Part shown: positions 26,053 to 37,710 of the stretch, piece after piece
Layout of the letters: the number at the start of each line of letters is the position of its first letter
Position numbering within the stretch: the first letter of the stretch is position 1
Assembly (NCBI RefSeq): GCF_963921235.1
Contig: NC_086097.1
Span: 42,224,001 to 42,288,000, forward strand
Reading direction: 5' to 3'
Length of the DNA: 64,000 nt
DNA from: Mobula hypostoma
Taxonomy: Eukaryota
Program-made: the position numbers and the translations under genes
Notes under the pieces: model-generated
Database searches by the model: none
Told to the model about the DNA's origin: nothing
Seen by the model: only the letters and a program-made list of their open reading frames with translations

Positions 26053-28211
26053 GATACTTATATATCTGATCCCTTAGAATACCTTCCAATAACTTTCCCA
26101 CAAATGATGTCAGACTCACCAGCTTATAATTTCCTGCTTTATGCTTAGAGGATTTTTTTAAACAGCAGAACATTGAATATCCTCCAGTCCTCTGGTACCT
26201 CTCCTGTCACTATGGATGATTTAAGTACCTCTGCTACGGCCCTGGCAATTTCTGCGCTTGCCTCCCACAGGGTTCAAGGGAACACAATTTCCTATCCCTA
26301 AGAATTTTCTCCATCAATTTCCCTACAACTAATGTGAGATTCACCGGTCTATAGTTCCCAGGATTTTCCCTTTATCCCTTCTTAAGTAGGGGTACAACAT
26401 TAGCCACTCACCAGTCCTCCGAGACCTTGCCTGTGGCCAGAGATACACAAAGATACTGGTCAATGGCCCAGCAATCTTGTCTCTTGCCTCATTCAATAAC
26501 CTGGGGTAAATCCCATCAGGTCCTGGTGACTTAACCACCGTAACACTGATAAGGAGGCCCAACACTTCCTCCTCCTTGACCCCTAAACGCCCTAACTTAT
26601 TTATACACTCAACACTTAATTCCTGGTCCTGTGTGTAATTTTCCTTAGTAAATACTGAAGGAGAGTACTCATTAAGTACCTCACTCACATTCTCTGCATC
26701 CAGGCAAATGTCCCCCCTTTATTCTTGTGTTCCACCCTCTTCCTAGTTATCCTCTTGCTCTTGATGCATGTATCAAATGTCTTGGGGTTCACCTTAATTC
26801 TACTTGCCAAGAATTTTTCATGGCCCCTCCTGACTTTCCTAATTCCCTTCTTTACTTCTTTCCTTTATAATCCTCATGTGCTTTACCTGAATTATTCACA
26901 AAGTTTAATTAAATCAATCTTCATTTTCAAGGAAATTAAGTGAATCTTACCAAAGTCAAATCAGTTGTCTCCACATTTCTGCCCAAGTTAACCCTATTTA
27001 AGTGCAACTTTGGCTGTTGCAACATTTCCAATTTACAAGCCCCTCTGAGTTGGAAGAGAAAGAATGAATACCAGATGATGATCTACTATACTGTGCCCAC
27101 TGGGTGAACTGCATAATTATATATATGTCAGAGACAGTTCGGGATCTTCTCTCGATTCTCATTCCAGATCGGGTAATAAATCCATTTCTGATCACTTGTA
27201 ATAAGGAATTAACAGGAAGGATGGAGGAAGAACTGATCTCACTGCAAAATGACTTTGAGCTGAAGCCGAGGTTCAAAAAGTCATATCAAGACTTATGGTT
27301 GCAGAAAGAAATTTCTGAACGCTATCCTGCACTGCAGAAAAGGTCAAGAAGTTCTTTATTGCCTTCCCAACATTTAGTGCAGCACGGTTTCAGTGCAGTC
27401 ACCCAACTTCTTCCAAAACAATGAAATTGACTGCAAATTGACTCCTGAATGACATTCAGCCTGATGTTGAGAACTGATATCACTGCACCAAGTCCTCACT
27501 GAAAGGTGAAAAAGCACTGAAATACTGAATAGTTGAACTACTAATGTACGCTCTAAAATTCTTAATGAAAATTGTTTTTACTGTAATTAAATAAGGAAAT
27601 AATTTTATTTTAGCTTTAAATAGATTTGAATAATTTTTGCAATTATTTGTCACTGCTTTGAATTTGCAGTTCCCATTTTCTTTCACTGTGCGTCATAAAT
27701 CAAAATAATTTATAGTTTTTATGTAATAGCTGGAAAGGGAGAGGGGAATGCTGGGGATCTGGTCCAGGAGCTAAGTGGATGGTAACACAAAAGAGTTTGG
27801 GAAACACTGTTCTAAACCTTTCCTATCCATGTAGCTATCTAGATGTCTTTTAAACATTGGTATTGCACCCACACTACACCCTGAGTAAAAAACTTATCCC
27901 TTGGGTCCCTTTTAAATCCTTCCATTCTCACCTTCATGCTATGCCCTCTTGGTTTAGTCTCCCTTAGCCTGGAAAGAAAAAGATCTATGTTCCTCGTGTT
28001 TTTTTTTAAAACCTCTGTGAGGTCATCCCTCAGTCTTCTTCGCTGTAGGGAAAACACTCCTCACCTAACCAATCTCACCTCATAACTCAAGGCCTTCAGT
28101 CCCAGCAATATCCTTGTGATTTTTATCCTGAACTACCTCTAAGATTCACCACATCCTTCCTGCAGTGTAGTGACTAGAGCAGCATACAATACTCCAGGTG
28201 TGGTCTCATGG

Positions 28212-30088
28212 GAGCCCCCCAGAAGTCTGTCAGGGTCTTCCCAAACCAGAAGCCCTGGATCAATAATTCCGTGCGAGCAGCACTTACTGCGCGACATAGA
28301 GCTTACATTACCAGCAATCAGCAGGAGCTCAAGAAAAGCAGCTACGATCTGCATTAAGCTATCAAGGTTGTGAAACAACAACACAGGAACAAGATTCACA
28401 ACGAATAGCTCACGTGACTTGTGGCGAGGGCTGCATACCATCACAGACTTCAAAGCCACACGTAGTGGCGCCACCAACACTGCGGCCTCTCTCCCAGATG
28501 AGCTCAATCGCTTTTATGCTCAGTTCGATGTCGTTAACTCTGAGCCTCCGAGGAAAGCCGTCACTACAACCTGCAACCTGATCACCTCTGAGGCTGCTGA
28601 ATGCAGATGTTTCCAGCGACTGGACAATCACAAGGCTGCAGGACCGGGCGGCATCCCAGGGCGAGTACTCAGGATGTGCACAGCAAAACTGGCAGGTATG
28701 TTTACTGACATTTTTAATCTCTCCGTCTCCCAGTGTGGAGTGCCTCCCGCTACAAATTATCCACCATTGTCCCTGTACCAAAAAGGCCAAGGTAACATGC
28801 GTGAACGACTGGTGTCCTGTCGCACTCACCTCAATAATAAGCAAATGCTTTGAGAGGCTGGTCAACGATTACATCTGCAGCTTGCTACCACCCAAAATGG
28901 ACCCCCTACAATTCGCATACCAACACAACCGATTGACAGAAGATGCAATAGCCTCTGCTCTATATATGGTCCTTACACATTTGGAGAAGAAGAATGCTTA
29001 CGTGGGAATGTGTTCTTGGACTACCGTTCAGCATTCAACACCATAATTCCATCTAGACTCAACAGGAAGCTCAGAGACCTCGGCCTTGACCCTGCCTTAT
29101 GCAGCTGGATCCTGGACTTCCTGTCAGATCGCCGGCAGGTTGTAAGAGTGGGCTCCCTCACCTTCACCCCTCTGATTCTCAACACAGGAGCCCCTCAGGG
29201 CTGTGTACTAAGTCCCCTCCTTTACTCCCTGTATAACCATGAACGTGTCGTTACCCAGAGCTCTAATCCACTAATTAAATTTGCCGATGACACTACTTTG
29301 ATTGGCCTAACCTCAAACAATAATGAGGTGGCCTACAAGGAAGAAGTCATCTCTCTGACACATTGGTGTTAAGAAAACAACCTCTCCCTCAATGTCGCAA
29401 AATCAAAAGAGTTTGTTATGGACTGCAGGATGAATGGAGATAAACTAACCCCTATTGACATCAATGGATCTGGTGTTGAGAGAGTAAATAGCTTTAAGTT
29501 CCTCGGCATCCACATTACCGAGGACCTCACATGGTCTGTACACACCGGCTGTGTGGTGAAAAAGGCACAACAGTGCCTCTATCACCTCAGATGGTTGAGG
29601 AAGTTTGGTATGGGCCCCAAAATCCTGAGAACTTTCTACAGGGGCACAATTGAGAGCTTCCTGACTGGCTTCATCACTGCCTGCTATGGGAACTGTACCT
29701 CCCTTAATCACAGGACTCTGCAGAGAGCGGTAAGGACAGCCCAGCGCATCTGTAGTTGTGAACTTCCCATGGTTCAGGACATTTACAAAGACAGGTGTGA
29801 GAAAAGGGCCAGAAGGATCATTGGGGACCCAAGTCACCGCAACTACAATCTATTCCAACTGCTACCATCTGGGAAATGGTACGGCAGCATAAAAGCCAGC
29901 ACCAACAGGCTCCAGGCAGTTTCTTCCACAGGCCGTCAGACTGTTTAACTCACACTGACTTGACTGTTCTATTTATTATAAATTACTATGATTACACATT
30001 GCACATTTAGACAGAGGCATAACATAAAGATTTTTACTCCTCGTGTATGTGAGGGATGTAAAAAAAATAAAGTCAATTCAATTCAATA
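28212..30088 (+). mobile_element. Rex1/Babar LINE, 5'-truncated, frameshifted RT
   Basis: ORFs 28419-28853 ([13 protein letters not shown]), 28735-29046 (PVALTS, DPLQFAY), 29010-29372 (GAPQGCVLSP, KFADD), 29418-29948; tail AATAAAGTCAATTCAATTC. Confidence 0.92.
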
Positions 30089-30139
30089 AAGCTGTAAGAT
30101 TACATCCCACCCCTTGCACTCAGTCTCCATCAAATGAGC

Positions 30140-30470
30140 AATACAGCATGAAAACAAACCCTTCAGAAAACTGTGTGTGCCCCAATCACCAACCACCCAT
30201 CCAGACTAATCCTATTTTACCTCTCACATCCTCATCAACCTCTAAACACCTTCCAATTCCTTTCACCTCCTACTTATCTTAGGGCAATGTAGAGCACCCA
30301 ATTAACTAGGCTGTTCTTGGCATGTGGAGTAAAACCAGCATACTTGAGGAAACCCCATGTGGCCACAGGGAAAATATACAAAATCCACATAAAGAGCACC
30401 CAATGTCAGGATCGAACCCTGATTACTGGAGCTTTGAGGCAGCCATACCAATGCTGTACTGCCCTTTTGC
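30140..30470 (-). mobile_element. Degraded tRNA-derived SINE
   Basis: Minus-strand B-box GGTTCGATCC (30411-30420) followed by a core similar to the 36318 SINE. Confidence 0.55.
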
Positions 30471-32729
30471 CTAGCTTGAGCACGTCCAACCCTAATTTGG
30501 AAGAGGTTGTGGAGAGTCCTGGGTGTGAATGTGGATACGTGGAAAAAAGACAGAATGACACAGTAGGACTGGAAGGATGGGACAATTGGAAATATGGCAG
30601 ATACTTCCAGGGGATGAGAGGAGACGTCAGGTGAGAGAGTATGCCAATAGGGAATTTGGAGAAAGTAAAGAGAATAGAATATTAGCACCAATGGATATTT
30701 GCACCTGAAGAATAGATACAGTTATAGACAAAGGTAAAGGTAGGAAAATGGGTGACAGAGCAAAAAGAAAAGGATAAAGGACAAAGTTGCATAATGTGAA
30801 TGGGTAGAAGAGTCACTTTGTAAAATGGAGTGGCATGGGATGAAGGCAAATTTGGAAAAGGTAGCAGGAGATGACTCACTACCTCAAATGTTGGGGGCAA
30901 AAGAGAAAATGGAACACGGCAAAGAAAGGAACAATGAAGAAGAGTAAGATGCAGAGAAGGAAAGAAAGGATAGAGAAAAATAAGCACAGGAAACAGCAGT
31001 AGATTAGGCCACATGGCCCCTTATGCCTTTTCGGTCAGTCATTAAGGCCATGGGTAATTCGATCACTAGTTTCAATTCCTCTGTTTTGTCAAGAGTTTCA
31101 GATCTGAAATATTAGCTGTTCCTCCTTCTACAGTTGCTGCCTGACCTACTGAGATTTTCCACATGTTTTTATTCCACTTCTCTGCCCAAACCTCATGGTT
31201 CTTGATTTCCCTATTGTCCAAATTTGACTGTAAAAAAATTGAGTTCCCTCTGACTTGCCTTGAGTAATTTCAAAAAGACAGTTTAATAATGACACAGTTC
31301 TTACGATAAGCGCAAAAGACGTATGCACAACATGACCTCACAAATAGATCCCTACAATCCTTTGACATCTATGTGCAGTTAATTCCACTGTTCCCCTCAT
31401 CAGCTACTTTCACACTTGAATTCAAAAGAATCCTAGATGGCCAACAACTTACTAGACGTCATCAAGAAAGTCGAGTAACGACCTCAGAAAAATATTTCAG
31501 ACATCTCTGATCTTTCCATCAATTCATGCATTAGACTGAAAATGGGTGAGGAACAGTGCACATCGGAAGAGCTGGGCACCATGAACAGCAACCATTGCAT
31601 TTCCACAATTAATTGCATTTGTGCATAGTCAAGAAATTAACATCAACTTCACAGTGCATTGCTAGCAAATAAGCACGGTTGTTCCTTTATTACAACCACA
31701 ACAGCATGTTAAGAGTAATAAAGTCAGTGCAAATTACACCTGCATTTCCTTTAGCAGATTGGCCCTCACACCAACTCCAACTAATTTGTTTCCATCATCT
31801 TTTTTTAACTCATTGTGAAGCAACACTACATGAGACCTGCTAGTATTGACACGAAATCATTCCAGGAAACCAAAGCCTTCCAATTTGGCATTGAAACTGT
31901 TAACAGCCATTTTCTCTATATTGGATTTTCCACAATTTACAGCACGGTTACACATGCACTATTAAACTTGCATTAATTTCTCAATGTAGGCAGATTCTAT
32001 TTTACCAAAATTAAATTTAGATCTATTAATGTCAAAAAGTTTTCTGTTCTTAATGGAGCTTAAATGTCGGGTTATTTTTTTTGCAATAATGCACAATACC
32101 ATCGCTATAGACTTTAGACAGTCAACAGGTTTATTGCACAGTTGAGAAACACAAGATTTGATCTCTACTGTTTTAGAATTAATCTGATTTAGAGTCATGC
32201 AACAGCTCATGTATTTAATTTTATATTTACTATTTTTCTGAATACATTAAGATCATAGAAACCATTGAAATTATAAAATAATGAGAATTTAATAACAAGC
32301 TATTTTCCTTGCCAAGAAATTTGCTCATATAGAGGAACAAATTATTTCTAACTATAAATTAAATATTCAACATTTTAAATGAGTATTTTCTGTATCTTTT
32401 CTTTAATAACCGCAAAGCCAAAAATTAGGTGTTAAAATAATTGATATATGAAAGAAAAGAGGGATCTCCAAAAGTTGTCAGCCTCAATGAAGGGCCAAAT
32501 GGATAACCAATGGGACATGCAATTCCAGACCACTCATCATCTCTCCTATCTAGTGGGGACAAGACCACAAATTAACTTTCAACTCTGTCAACTCAGTTAC
32601 GAAATGCTTCTTAATGTCAGGCAGCTCCGTGTATTAAGGAAAATAACTTGGAAAGGAGGGAGGAAGGAAACATGTATTACATGTCAATGGGTCAGATCTT
32701 AGATCAGCAAACCATTCATTGCTGTTGGA

Positions 32730-32910
32730 AGCACAAATGACTAAAGATGCTGTAATCTGGAACAAAAACATATAATTCTTGTTGAGCTGTATCTGTGGAG
32801 GCAAAGGAATGGTCAACACTTCAGGTCGAGACCCTCTCAACTTAAAACATCAACCAAACCCTTGCCTCCACAGATGCTGTCTGACTTGCTGAGTTCTCCA
32901 GGCATTTTTT
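32730..32910. mobile_element. Fold-back pair of old Penelope-like terminal fragments
   Basis: ATCTGTGGAGGCAAAGG (32791) is inverted as CCTTGCCTCCACAGATG (32860); decayed hammerhead halves TTCAGGTCGAGACCC and TCTCAACTTAAAACATC meet at the centre. Confidence 0.65.
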
Positions 32911-32944
32911 GCACTCATTAGTATTAATTGTTAGCTCTGCTGAG

Positions 32945-33240
32945 ACATAGATCATATAACAATACAACACAAGAACAAGTCCTCAGGCCTACAATGTTCT
33001 GCTGAACTAACTAGTAATCAAATACCCAACTAAACCAATTCCTTCTGCCCACACAAAAGCCATATTCTTCCATTTCTTGCACATCCATGTGCCTACCTAG
33101 AAGCCTGTTGAACAACTGTATTGCATCTGCCTCCAGCAGCACCCCAGGCATCACACTCCAGGTACTCACCACTCTGTGTGTGCCTTGCACATCACCTTTG
33201 AACAGACCCACCCACTCACCTTAAAGGCATGCCCTCAGTT
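32945..33240 (-). mobile_element. CR1 3' end fragment
   Basis: ACATAGATCATATAAC tail; similar to 19765-20070. Confidence 0.7.
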
Positions 33241-33244
33241 AATA

Positions 33245-34265
33245 AACAGAATCAGAATCAGCTTTAAAATCACTGGTATATGTTATGACATTTGTTGTTT
33301 TGTGGCTGCAACACCTAATAAAAATCTATAAACTATAATATGATGTATATATAAAAATTATTATGAAATATATTTAATACTCAAAAAAGAGAGCAAAAGA
33401 ATAGTATGTTCATTGCCCATTCATAAATCTGATGCGGCGAGGAGGAATCTGTTCCTAAAACACCGAGCAGAGTCTGCAGGCTCCTGCGTCTCCTCCTTCA
33501 TGATGGGGTTCTTTCATGATGGATGCCGCCTTTCAGAGACATCGCCTTTTGAAGGTGTCCTCAGTGCTGGGAAGGACAGGGCCCATGACGAAGTTAACTA
33601 AGTTTATAACTTTCTGCAGCTTTTTCTGATCCTGTGCAGTTGGCCCGCCATACTCGGTGGTGTTGCAACCAGTTATAATGCTCTCCAACGGTTACATCTG
33701 TAGAAATTTGCGAGTGTCGTTGGTGACGTACCAATTCCCTGAAAACACCTAATGAAATATAGCCACTGACGTACTTTCTTTGTAATTGCATCAATATGTT
33801 GGGCCCAGGATAGATCCTCAGAAATGTTAACACCAAGAAACTTGAAACTGCTCACCCTTTCCACTTCTTAACCTTCAATGTAGACTGGTGTGTGTTCTCT
33901 CAAGTCCCTGTTCCTGAAGTCTACAATCATTTACTTGGTCTTACTGACAATGAGTGTAAGATTGTTGCTGTGACATCACTCAACCAGCTGATCTATCTCG
34001 TTCCTGTACACTCCCTCATCACCATCTGAGTTTCTACCAAAAATAGTTGTATTGCCAGCAAAATTATAGGTGGTGTTTGAGCTGTGCCCTAGCCACACAA
34101 TCGTGGGTGTAGAGGGAGTAGAGCAGTGGGCTAAACATGCATCCTTGAGGTGCGCCATTGTTGGTTGTCAGTGAGGAGATCTGCACAGACTGTAAACGCC
34201 TGGTGAGGAAGTCAAGGATCTAGTTGCAGAGAGACATACAGAGGCCCAGGTTTTGAAGCTTGTCC
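33245..34265 (-). mobile_element. Rex1/Babar LINE 3' part, (GATTCT)n tail
   Basis: ERVSSFKFLGVNISEDLSWAQHIDAITKK; CAGAATCAGAATCAG at 33247. Confidence 0.85.
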
Positions 34266-36317
34266 TTGTAGAACATGCCCTCATATCCAAGCAGCATCCT
34301 GATAAACCTCTTCCGCACACTGAAGCCTTGACAATCTTCCTATCATGGGGCAGCAAAACTGAAAGGGTTCTACTCCAGATGCTGCCTAACTAGAATTTAA
34401 TAAAGCAGCAAATAGGGTTTATATTATAGAGCTGATATGTTCTAAAGAAACCATTAAGCCACTCTCTGTGTGAGACACCAGAACTCTAAAATTATACTTT
34501 TATTTATGCTTGTAAGATAAAAGTGTTCACCATAATATAGGCATATGACCGTTTCTACCAATGGACCAGACAATAAGCTTGGCGTCTCAGCACTTATGAG
34601 GGAAACATGTCATAAATAAAATCATAAAATAATGCTAAAGGGTAACCTAATAAAAAGCCATATTAAAGTGATCACAATCGTGCTAAGATGCCAAAGATCC
34701 CTTCAGTGAGTGAGAAGCAACTTAAGTTAATATAACACTTTGCAGATCATCACAACGACAAAAAATTGGGCTTTATTTTGGAACTGCACCTAGAGTTCAA
34801 AGTTCAAAGTATATTTATTATCAAAGTGCATACATGCCACCAAATACTAGCCTGAGATTCATTTTCTTGCAGGCATTCACTGTAGAACAAAGAAATACAA
34901 TAGAATCAATGAGAAACTACAGAGAAACACTGAGAAGCAAAATTAATGTGCAAAAGAAGACAAACTGCAAAAAACAAATAATAATATTATTAATAATAAC
35001 AGATAAATAATTTATAAATAAAACCTGGCAAAGATAACAGCCAGTCAGCAGGTAGTCATATTTCTCAAAAAATGAGTTAAATAAATGGGATAGAAACCAA
35101 CAGAGTTTAACCAGTCAGTTAAAGAATGAATGGTGAGTGGTACTTTATTTCACTTCAAAGTATGCTATGGGAATATGAAATATATACTGTTGAACCTTGA
35201 AAACTGCAGGCAGCTCTTGCCCATTATTAAGAAATATTTTATACCCCTAAGCTATTTTTTGCTATTGAAAAATTGCCAAGTTTCAAATATAAATCTCCCT
35301 GGCGTGAATATGGATTGGATAGTTTGCTTTTGTAGGACCAGCATTTAAGTTCTATAAATCGCTTAATTTCTTTGTCTTAGATGGAAGATTTTTGAAGGCA
35401 TGCATATATTTCAAGACAGGCCTTGAAATTCTACAGAAGTCACAATGAATCGGATCCAATGACTTTCTCATTGCCTCATCTTTAACCATGTCTCTTGTTA
35501 TTTCAAAAGAAAATTGACTTGAATATGCTCCCATTTAGTCCGTATTCTCTGTTGTAACTCATTCTGTGCTTTACACTGTCGTATGTCACATGTCATAATT
35601 CATACCTTGGTTGTACTTCCATCTGCTTTGGTATATAATCAGTTTTGAAATTAACTGCTAAAAATGCAAATCAGCGTGATACTTTCACTTTCTCCGAAAT
35701 TTATACTTTATCTTCTGTCAACTATATTTTTGTTACAATTAGTAATCAAGAGCTCACTGTGATGAAGCACTTCTCATCGATCCTTGAGAGTTAATGTAGA
35801 AACAGATGCAAGTAGTCCCACTGAGAATTACTGAAAATCTGCAAACAAACAATTTTAATACTTTATCCAATTTGATCATTGGAAGCAATTTTTCTTGTGA
35901 AACTATGTATTTAATTTCTATCTGAATTTTCTTTGTCTTCCTAATCATGTGTAGCTGACAATGAAGCTCTAGCACCTGACTACAGTAGTGAACCAGAGGA
36001 CTAAATGACTGTTAATTCTGTGTGTTGTTTAATAAAAGAGGCAACTAAATAAATACATTCCAGTTAAGCCTGAGTGGAATTCATTCTAAGGGGCATTATT
36101 ATCCTTAATTTACAAAGGCACAATTATTTAGGGATAGTTAATGTAGATATGCTAATGGAAGTTCTTACCTGATTAACCTGAATGAATTATTTGAGGAGAG
36201 AACAAGAACCATAGATAATGACAGAACAGCAAACATTCACAATGTTTTGCCATCCCACATTTCAGGCTGGTCAAGATAAAAATAAAAACCCAATGTGTCT
36301 GAGGAAGACACGGACAA

Positions 36318-36625
36318 CATGGTGGCACAGCGGTTAGCTTAATGCTTCACAGTATCGGTGATCAGAGTTCAATTCCTGCGACGGTCTGGAAGGACTTACA
36401 TGCTCTCCCCATGACTGTATTCGTTTCCTCTGGATATTCTGGTTTCTTTCCACATCCCAACGATGTACGAGTTAGGGTTAGTAAGTTGTGGGCATGTTAT
36501 ATTGGCACCGGAAGCACGGCAACACTTCCGGTCTATCCTCACCTCATCCGCACAATGTGTTGTCGTTAATGCAAAGGACACATCTCACTGTGTTTTGATG
36601 TACATGTGACAAATAAAGTAATCTC
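36318..36625 (+). mobile_element. tRNA-derived SINE (V-SINE/HE1-like) with Pol III A and B boxes
   Basis: A-box TGGCACAGCGG 36323-36333; B-box GAGTTCAATTCC 36365-36376; core CATGCTCTCCCCATGACTG..GGTTTCTTTCCACATCCCAA; LINE-like 3' end GTGACAAATAAAG. Confidence 0.75.
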
Positions 36626-36769
36626 AAAGTACGGAAAATTCTATTCAAAATTGTCTTTGTGGCCGGGGTGGGGTGTGGGGGGGGGGGGAAATGTTGATAG
36701 ATATCTCTTGTCATTTGTAGTCATTGACAGTGAGGAAGAAAATTTTAGATTAAAAGTAGCGAACAGAAT

Positions 36770-37710
36770 TTCATCCATTGAAGAGTGAGGTAATGCATTT
36801 TGGAATTTTCAACAAGGTAAGGGAACATGCAATAACTGGGAGGATAATGAATGGCTTGGAGGACAGGAAGTCTATGGAGCAGTGTCCAAAATCCTTGAGT
36901 GTAGTTAAGATAGTTAAAAAGTATGTGAGATACTTTCCTTTCTTAAATATATCAAGTAGGTAATACCAGAGGTAGCAATAAATTGTGGTTCTGGAACAGG
37001 AGGGGAGGAAAAGTCTTATCCCCAATTAGAGGCAAAGAGTTGACTGACCTTAGCTGAAGAGTTAGGGATCTCATCTCATCATGGTCTAAGTCGACATTCC
37101 CCTAGGGATCTCATCCTTAGACGAGCATATGCTGAAAATTTATACACTCGTACAGAAGTAATGGAGATTGGTTACATATGTACAATGGAGATACCTGTAA
37201 ATATGAATATTAATAAGTGTAGGGAACTGACTTCACTAGCCTGAAATTTAAATATTTTAGGAGATGTTTCATGACCAGGAGAACATCTTGCAGACTGTTA
37301 AATCCATGAGGATTGACAAAATAATCTTTCACTCTTTTGATAATCAAGAATATATTATTGAACTTATTCAAAAACCATTGATTTCCCTACCTTTCAAAGA
37401 AGAACTTTAAAGACTCACATCTGCAAAAGGTTGAGAACTAAAGGCCAGAGCCTTAGTATTCAACATGAGGGCAGGGAAGTTTCAAGGAAATATCTGGGGC
37501 AAGATTTTTAAACAGCAAGAATTAGGTACCAGGAATATGCTGCCTGAAATAGGAAGATGAGACGATAGAGGTGTTCAAGAGGCTTTTAGCTAGGCACACG
37601 ACTATGCAAGGAATGGAATGACATGGATTGTTATGCTATCATGTGCGGTCAGAAAGGATTAGATTAAATTGATATTATGTTCAGCACAGTCATCGAGGTC
37701 CAAAGGGCAC
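36770..37710 (+). mobile_element. Highly degraded CR1 3' region
   Basis: KSEVMHFG at 36778 and residual CR1 3' motifs; low identity. Confidence 0.5.

Larger units (their letters stand above)
23270..26287 (-). mobile_element. CR1 LINE nested in the 19765-26885 CR1, split by a Rex1 element
   Basis: ORF 24025-24462 SQHG, CLTNLIEFF, YMDFSKVFDKIPHGRL, QGSVL; GTCTATCC|AGATACTTATATATC rejoins across 24454-26051. Confidence 0.8.
19765..26885 (-). mobile_element. CR1 LINE inserted in the hAT transposase (pieces ~19765-20785, 22140-22210, 23037-23265, 26290-26885)
   Basis: AGAACATAGATCATAGAAC tail; ORFs 20260-20463 (LYKTLVRPHLEY), 23026-23313 (MDFSKVLDK), 26341-26688 (KSPGPDGIYPRLL); hAT frame HIAYL|ELFTKFN rejoins across it. 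Confidence 0.8.
17960..27809 (+). mobile_element. hAT DNA transposon, Buster/Charlie subfamily, degraded transposase, with nested insertions
   Basis: TIRs CAATGATTCCCAAAGT / AGTTTGGGAAACACTG; perfect 8-bp TSD TTCTAAAC (17952-17959, 27810-27817) with central TA; transposase remnants KCRQYGVEYLKY, LLIAKSGKPHTDGEELI, FALKLDES, IHCVVHTQHL, and after 26889 ELFTKFN, INPF, ERYPAL. Confidence 0.9.
17845..28210 (-). mobile_element. CR1 3' end split by the hAT insertion (pieces 17845-17959 and 27810-28210)
   Basis: GGCCCATATCC-TTCTAAAC-CTTTCCTATCCATG is rejoined when 17960-27809 and one TSD copy are removed; ORF 27839-28057 FSLQRRRLRDDLTEV, RGHS, FFTQ. Confidence 0.8.

Noticed and set aside
35606..35657. 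Possible minus-strand exon (TTTTTAG acceptor, AAG|GTATGA donor)
   Set aside because: Short, unrecognised peptide; such site pairs occur by chance in 64 kb
36321..36380. tRNA gene
   Set aside because: A and B boxes are present but no cloverleaf forms, and it continues into a SINE body
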